Shown piece by piece: positions 59,244 through 64,000 of a DNA stretch of 64,000 bases. The notes beneath the pieces are model-generated. The model did not search any database, was not told the DNA's origin, and saw only the letters and a list, made by a program, of their open reading frames with translations. The stretch is from NCBI GenBank assembly GCA_963708185.1, contig OY970195.1, forward strand, positions 1,248,001 through 1,312,000, written 5' to 3'. Position numbers and translations under genes: made by a program. Source of the stretch: Candidatus Peregrinibacteria bacterium (GTDB lineage Bacteria; Patescibacteriota; Gracilibacteria; UBA1369). Each line of letters starts with the position of its first letter. Within the stretch, counting starts at the first letter, position 1.

Positions 59244-59298
59244 CATCTATAGTGTAATACTGCGGAAATAATAATCAAGTTTAATTTAGAATTTTTTA

Positions 59299-60594
59299 TT
59301 ACGGCGTGAGCCGGTAGATGGTGCGCGGGAAGGGGATGGATTCGCGGACGTGTTCGAGGCCGCAGATCCAGGTGACGATTCTTTCCAGGCCGTAGCCGAA
59401 TCCGCTGTGGGGGACGGAACCGAATTTGCGTAAGTCCAGGTACCAGCCAAATGATTCCAATGGCAGTTTGTGTTCTTCGATGCGTTTCTTGAGTTCTTCG
59501 TAGTTGTCTTCGCGCTGGCTTCCGCCAATGATTTCGCCGTATCCTTCGGGGGCGAGGAGGTCGGAGCATAACGCGCGGGTCGGGTCCTTGGGATCGCGCT
59601 TCATGTAGAAAGCTTTGACGGCGGCGGGGTATTTTTCCACGAACAAAGGCTTGTCGTATTTTTTCATGAGCATGGTTTCGTCGTCGCCGCCGAGGTCGTG
59701 GCCGGGCTGGATGTCCGAGCCCATTTCACGCAGTTCCTTGACCACTTCTTCGTGGGTTTTGCGGATGAACGGAGCCTGGATTTTTTTGAGAGGTTCAATG
59801 TTTCGTTCCAGGATCTTGAGTTCTGTCTGGTTTTTTTCAAGGACGCGTTTGACGATGTTGCAGACCAATCCTTCCTGGGTTTTGATGTTGTCGTCATGGT
59901 CGGCAAATGCGGCTTCGGCGTCCATCATCCAGAATTCGGTGAGATGGCGGCGGGTTTTTGATTTTTCGGCCCGGAAGACTGGTCCGAAATCAAAACATTT
60001 CCCTACGGAGAAAATGGCGGCTTCAATATAGAGCTGGCCGGATTGGCTGAGGTAGGCTTTGGCTTCGTCGAAATAATTGATTTCGAAAAGTTCGGTCGTG
60101 CCTTCGCAGGCGTTTGGGGTGAGGATTGGCGCGTCGATCTTGATGAACCCCTCGTTGTTGAGATATTCGTACGTTGCGTTGATGATGGTGTTGCGGATGC
60201 GCTGGATGGCCCACTGGCGGTTGGAGCGCAGCCAGAGGTGGCGGTGGTCCATGAGGAAGTCGATGCCGTGGTCTTTTTTGGAAATGGGGTATTCGTGTTC
60301 GCTGATGTGGACGGGTTCGATGTTGGTGACGCCGATTTCAAAAACGTTTTCCCATTTGGGATGTTTGTTGACCTTTCCGGTGACTTTGACCGAGGATTCC
60401 ATGGTGAGTTTTTCCGCGGTTTCGGCCACTTTGGGATTGACGTTCGCGGCTTCAACGATGCCCTGGGTGATGCCGCTGCCGTCGCGCAGCTGGAGGAAAT
60501 ACAGTTTGCCGTTGCCGCGTTTGTTGAACATCCAGCCGAGAATGGTGACTTCCTCTCCGACATGATCTTTGAGTTTTTCGATGGTGGTTATCAT
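59299..60594 (-). CDS. asnS: Asparaginyl-tRNA synthetase
   Basis: HRHLWLR, CEGTT.LF, LSQSGQLY, FRAEKSKTRRHLTEFWM, WY.DLR..GS.PHSGFG.G.ER; upstream TTGCCT-17-TATCTT. Confidence 0.97.
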   Translation of the reverse strand: MITTIEKLKDHVGEEVTILGWMFNKRGNGKLYFLQLRDGSGITQGIVEAANVNPKVAETAEKLTMESSVKVTGKVNKHPKWENVFEIGVTNIEPVHISEHEYPISKKDHGIDFLMDHRHLWLRSNRQWAIQRIRNTIINATYEYLNNEGFIKIDAPILTPNACEGTTELFEINYFDEAKAYLSQSGQLYIEAAIFSVGKCFDFGPVFRAEKSKTRRHLTEFWMMDAEAAFADHDDNIKTQEGLVCNIVKRVLEKNQTELKILERNIEPLKKIQAPFIRKTHEEVVKELREMGSDIQPGHDLGGDDETMLMKKYDKPLFVEKYPAAVKAFYMKRDPKDPTRALCSDLLAPEGYGEIIGGSQREDNYEELKKRIEEHKLPLESFGWYLDLRKFGSVPHSGFGYGLERIVTWICGLEHVRESIPFPRTIYRLTP

Positions 60595-60688
60595 GCTGTG
60601 GTTCTGGCAAAAGGGAAATACGCAGATAAGATACTGAATGCGTGCGATGCAGGCAAGGGGAGCGTTGGCATGGAATGAAGCGGCGACG

Positions 60689-61273
60689 TTATTTTGTTTT
60701 GACGCCAAGCTTTTCGAGCATGATGCGGAGTCGGAATAACGGCAGGCCAATCACATTATTGAAATCGCCGTCGATGCGTTCGACCATCTTGCCCCCTTCG
60801 CCTTCAATGCTGAACGCTCCTGAAATCTGCAGGGCTTCCTCGTGGTGGGCGAGAGAGAGGATTTCCGAACGGGACATTTTTTTGATTTTGAGGCTGGTCA
60901 CTACGTGTTCGGTGATTCTTTTTACGATTTTTCCGTCGTCGTCGGTTTGAAGCGCTGCGATTCCGCTGTGGACTTCGATGGTGTTCCCGCTCATCTTCGA
61001 GATGATGTTTTCGGCTTCTTGTATGGTTGCGGGTTTGCCGATTTTTTTCTTTCCGATGGTGATGAACGTGTCGGCTCCGATGATGATACTGTCCGGAAAC
61101 TTTCGCGCGATGTACGCCGCTTTTCCTTCGGCGAGGTGTTTGGCGAGCCTGCCGGAATCTTTGAAAGAGTTCATGTCTTCCTCATAGCCGCTGGTGTGGC
61201 ACTCGAAAAGGGCTCCCAGCTCTTCCATGAGTTTGCGGCGTGCTTTCGATTGTGATGCGAGGATGATGCGCAT
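60689..61273 (-). CDS. maf: Maf family nucleotide pyrophosphatase
   Basis: IILASQS..R, IIGADT, GKP, NVIGLP. Confidence 0.92.
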   Translation of the reverse strand: MRIILASQSKARRKLMEELGALFECHTSGYEEDMNSFKDSGRLAKHLAEGKAAYIARKFPDSIIIGADTFITIGKKKIGKPATIQEAENIISKMSGNTIEVHSGIAALQTDDDGKIVKRITEHVVTSLKIKKMSRSEILSLAHHEEALQISGAFSIEGEGGKMVERIDGDFNNVIGLPLFRLRIMLEKLGVKTK

Positions 61274-61282
61274 ATGGTTTTT

Positions 61283-61372
61283 TGGCGGAAAGGGAGGGAT
61301 TCGAACCCTCGATACCCGTGAGGGTATACCGCTTTTCGAGAGCGGCGCCTTCAACCACTCGGCCACCTTTCC
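61283..61372 (-). tRNA. tRNA-Ser(CGA)
   Basis: GGAAAGG/CCTTTCC acceptor stem, CCGCT-CTCGAAA-AGCGG anticodon arm, long variable arm, encoded CCA; 90 nt. Confidence 0.97.
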
Positions 61373-61434
61373 CCTTTTACACCAGCCAATCATAGTTTCA
61401 GAAAGGCAAAAGGGCAAGTTCCAGTTGGAATGTT

Positions 61435-61872
61435 TTATATCTTTTCGGATTCGGCGGGTTCTTCTTTTTTGACCAGCACCTCTTCTTCCATGACGGGTTC
61501 CGTCTCGAGAGCGGGTTTGAGTTTTGGTTCAAGGCCGGGAGCTCTTTTTCCTGATTTTTTTGTTGCGGATGTTTCGATCGTGGATTTTTTAAAACGTGAA
61601 AACAACGGTTTTCCCGTCAGTTCATAGTGCTTTTTCATGAGCATGAGCGTGGCGTTGCACGTGATGTTCATGACGGCGGAGAATACGAGAGGGAAATCAT
61701 CGGTTTTCATGCCGTAAAGCCCCCAGAGTGTTGATCCGAAAAACAGCAAGCCGAGCATGCCCCAGGACACATCCTGAAGATGATGTGTCCTGGCGCCTTT
61801 GATGACTTCGGGAATGAGGGAGACGGCTCCGCATAAGGCTGCGATGTAGCCAATGAATGTCCAGAATTCCAT
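61435..61872 (-). CDS. PQ-loop/SemiSWEET-like protein with charged tail
   Basis: IG.IA......IPE..K...T....DVS...W..YG; PE replaces PQ. Confidence 0.7.
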   Translation of the reverse strand: MEFWTFIGYIAALCGAVSLIPEVIKGARTHHLQDVSWGMLGLLFFGSTLWGLYGMKTDDFPLVFSAVMNITCNATLMLMKKHYELTGKPLFSRFKKSTIETSATKKSGKRAPGLEPKLKPALETEPVMEEEVLVKKEEPAESEKI

Positions 61873-61899
61873 ATTTTGTTTTTATTTTGGTGTGAGCTT

Positions 61900-64000
61900 T
61901 TACAGTGCGGTGAAGGTCAGCGTTACCTGGTAATTACCGATGTTCGTGGCCTGAGGGATGCTGAGGTAGTAGTTCACGAACTGAGAATAGCTTCCGTTGT
62001 GGTTCGTTGCCGTCTGCATGAGGTCGACGGCGGCATCCACGGTATTGCCCGTGAGATTGGTATATGTTGTCGAGGTCCCGAATCCTCCGAGGATGTTGAA
62101 CTGCGCGTTGATCGGACTTGTCACGTTGGCACAATCAGGAATTGCCGGCGTTTCAAGGTACTGTATGCCGTTACATGAGAGCCCGTTCGCGTCGGTCGTG
62201 TCGTCGGTCGGTGTCGAAGTCGCGACGTAAAGATCGGTCAGAGGAATGGTGTTGCTTGCATTGTTGATATCGGCAAAGTTCGTTGATGCCTGCAGTTCAA
62301 GGGTGAATCCTCCGCTGTTTCGCGTATCCTGTACCGTGACTCTGTCGCCGTCGTCCGGACCGGTCGCATTGTTGAAGCTTTCACCTCCCGGGTATGAATC
62401 AGGGAAACTGAAGCTGTCAGGTATTTTTGTGATCGAGAGTGAGCCGGTGTTTGGCGTAATGGTGATGATGCCGCATGACGTGTTGCCGCTTCCCGGGGTT
62501 CCGACCGCACAGGTGAACTCAATGTCAACGGTGCTGGAGATCGTCGTGTTGCCGTCGGTGACGTCGGTCGCGCTGAAGGTATCAACCCCCACGGTATCCG
62601 ATGTAACGGTGAAACATGCATCTCCGTTCGTGTTTGTGGTTCCTGCGGTGGATCCTCCAGAAGCGCAGAGTGCCGGGGTAACGGTTGGTGAGCCCGGTCC
62701 AGCGGTCTGAGAGATCGTGACGACGGAACCAACGATCGGGTTATCCGAATCATCGAGCAGGTTTACGGTTATGGTGCTTGCCGTGGTGTTGTCGTTCGGT
62801 ACGGCAGTTGGATTGGCTGTGATGGTTGAGTTGGACCCCGGTGCGTTCAAGTACGTCACGTCGGCGGTTTGCGTTATCTGCGGGGGTCCGCCGGAACCGA
62901 CCGCAAACTCTGTCGATTGTGTCGTGACGTTCGTGCTGGAGAGCGATGAACGTACACAGTAGGTTGAATCGGTGCAGCCGCTACTTGCCGTTCCGCTGTC
63001 GATGCCGATGACTTCACCGCTTTGTCCGCTCGTGTCGGCATAATGGTAATCGATGTGGCCGTCGCTGAAGAGGTCGATTTCGAAGTCGTGGGTTGGAGAT
63101 CCTCCTCCGCAGCAGTTTTCAAGGTTGAAGTGGAAGCGTACCTCTCCCGGTATTGATGTCGCGTCATATTCCATGGTGTCCACTCCATAGCCGAAGTAGA
63201 GGTCATTGAAGTAGCCGGCTATTCTCGGTAAACCTGAGCCGCTGCCGAATGATGAGGTCTGATATGAGCATGTTCCGCCGGTGAACTGGATATAGCCGTT
63301 CGAACACATGTAGGCAGTGGTGTAGTTTGTGCCGAAGAAGTTGAAGGTGAACGGTAACGCTACTGCTGCCGTATCATCGTCGTGGTTCGCCGTATCGGTG
63401 AATACGGAGGTCCATGTTCCTCCGCTTCCCGGAACGATATGCGTGACGGATTGTTCGGCATATCCACCCGGCGTTGAGACGTCATCGAGTGTTGCAGCAT
63501 ACGTGTCGGTCCCGAGGGTCGTATTGCTGACAGCAAATGTTGCGACACCGGCATTGTTCGTTGTGGTGGATGTGTGGTCGAACGTCGGAGTACCGGCGTT
63601 GGCGCTTATCTTGCTGACGCTGATGTTGGCACCGGTTACCGGGTTATTATAGATATCGCGTACTGTTGCCGTGAGGGTACTTGTGGTTACGCCATCGTTC
63701 GGAACCGACGTCGGGTTGGCAATAAAGCTTGAGGTGTTCGGATCTGGATCGCCGGCGCTGAAAAGTACGTCGGCGGTCTGGGTGACGACGACGCTGCTTG
63801 TGGTATCGGTCGCCTGGAACGTGTAGGTGCCGATGGTGGTTGAAGAGACGAGGAAGCATGCCTGGCCGGAGCTGTTGGTGACGCCTGCAATATCACCCGC
63901 ATTACATGGCGTGGCAGATGGTGTTAACGATACCGGGCCCGCGGTCTGGGCCACGGTGACGGTTTCGCCGGCGACGGGGTTGTCGTTGGTATCCATCATG
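61900..64000 (-). CDS. Invasin/intimin-like Big_1 repeat surface protein, 5'-truncated by the window
   Basis: Repeated ANPT.VPND...T.T....D...NP..G..V..S...T...G.A.F; Thr-rich; C-terminal WxL-like segment. Confidence 0.8.
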   Translation of the reverse strand, partial: MMDTNDNPVAGETVTVAQTAGPVSLTPSATPCNAGDIAGVTNSSGQACFLVSSTTIGTYTFQATDTTSSVVVTQTADVLFSAGDPDPNTSSFIANPTSVPNDGVTTSTLTATVRDIYNNPVTGANISVSKISANAGTPTFDHTSTTTNNAGVATFAVSNTTLGTDTYAATLDDVSTPGGYAEQSVTHIVPGSGGTWTSVFTDTANHDDDTAAVALPFTFNFFGTNYTTAYMCSNGYIQFTGGTCSYQTSSFGSGSGLPRIAGYFNDLYFGYGVDTMEYDATSIPGEVRFHFNLENCCGGGSPTHDFEIDLFSDGHIDYHYADTSGQSGEVIGIDSGTASSGCTDSTYCVRSSLSSTNVTTQSTEFAVGSGGPPQITQTADVTYLNAPGSNSTITANPTAVPNDNTTASTITVNLLDDSDNPIVGSVVTISQTAGPGSPTVTPALCASGGSTAGTTNTNGDACFTVTSDTVGVDTFSATDVTDGNTTISSTVDIEFTCAVGTPGSGNTSCGIITITPNTGSLSITKIPDSFSFPDSYPGGESFNNATGPDDGDRVTVQDTRNSGGFTLELQASTNFADINNASNTIPLTDLYVATSTPTDDTTDANGLSCNGIQYLETPAIPDCANVTSPINAQFNILGGFGTSTTYTNLTGNTVDAAVDLMQTATNHNGSYSQFVNYYLSIPQATNIGNYQVTLTFTAL

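Noticed and set aside
1-64000. CRISPR array or cas genes
   Set aside because: No regularly spaced repeat-spacer array seen; the tandem repeats found are coding (PT linkers, integrase repeats)
1-64000. DGR reverse transcriptase or template repeat
   Set aside because: No RT-like ORF and no AAC-rich copy of the VR noticed by eye; not an exhaustive search

Overview
Bacterial chromosomal window, most likely from a Patescibacteria/CPR genome (Peregrinibacteria-like; inferred from gene content, SLH proteins, orphan N-terminal extensions and scarce Shine-Dalgarno sites). It uses the standard code 11, with TGA as a stop. The left part (about 2-35 kb, starting after tRNA-Pro) is accessory and stress-related: ArsR-SRPBCC, a MarR-ABC exporter, an AT-richer two-component island, an RPH-like phosphotransferase, SdpI, a CsoR/CopB copper locus, a TetA-like MFS and an ECF-ApbE flavinylation module. 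The right part is mostly housekeeping (class A PBP, pheS/pheT, HU, topA, PMM/PGM, NMNAT, nadE, smpB, asnS, maf, tRNA-Ser) plus large surface proteins. The best leads are: (1) an apparent remote diversity-generating retroelement (DGR) target gene at 57.8-58.7 kb with a clear variable-region codon signature, a perfect promoter and an in-frame stop at codon 5; (2) an integrase-repeat protein gene bracketed by a 23-bp direct repeat; (3) a five-site OmpR-type regulon readable from sequence, one site driving an ORF-less short RNA whose 5' motif recurs in an attenuator-like leader; (4) a cloverleaf RNA in the pre-tRNA-Pro leader that copies the tRNA acceptor stem. All calls were made by eye without database searches.
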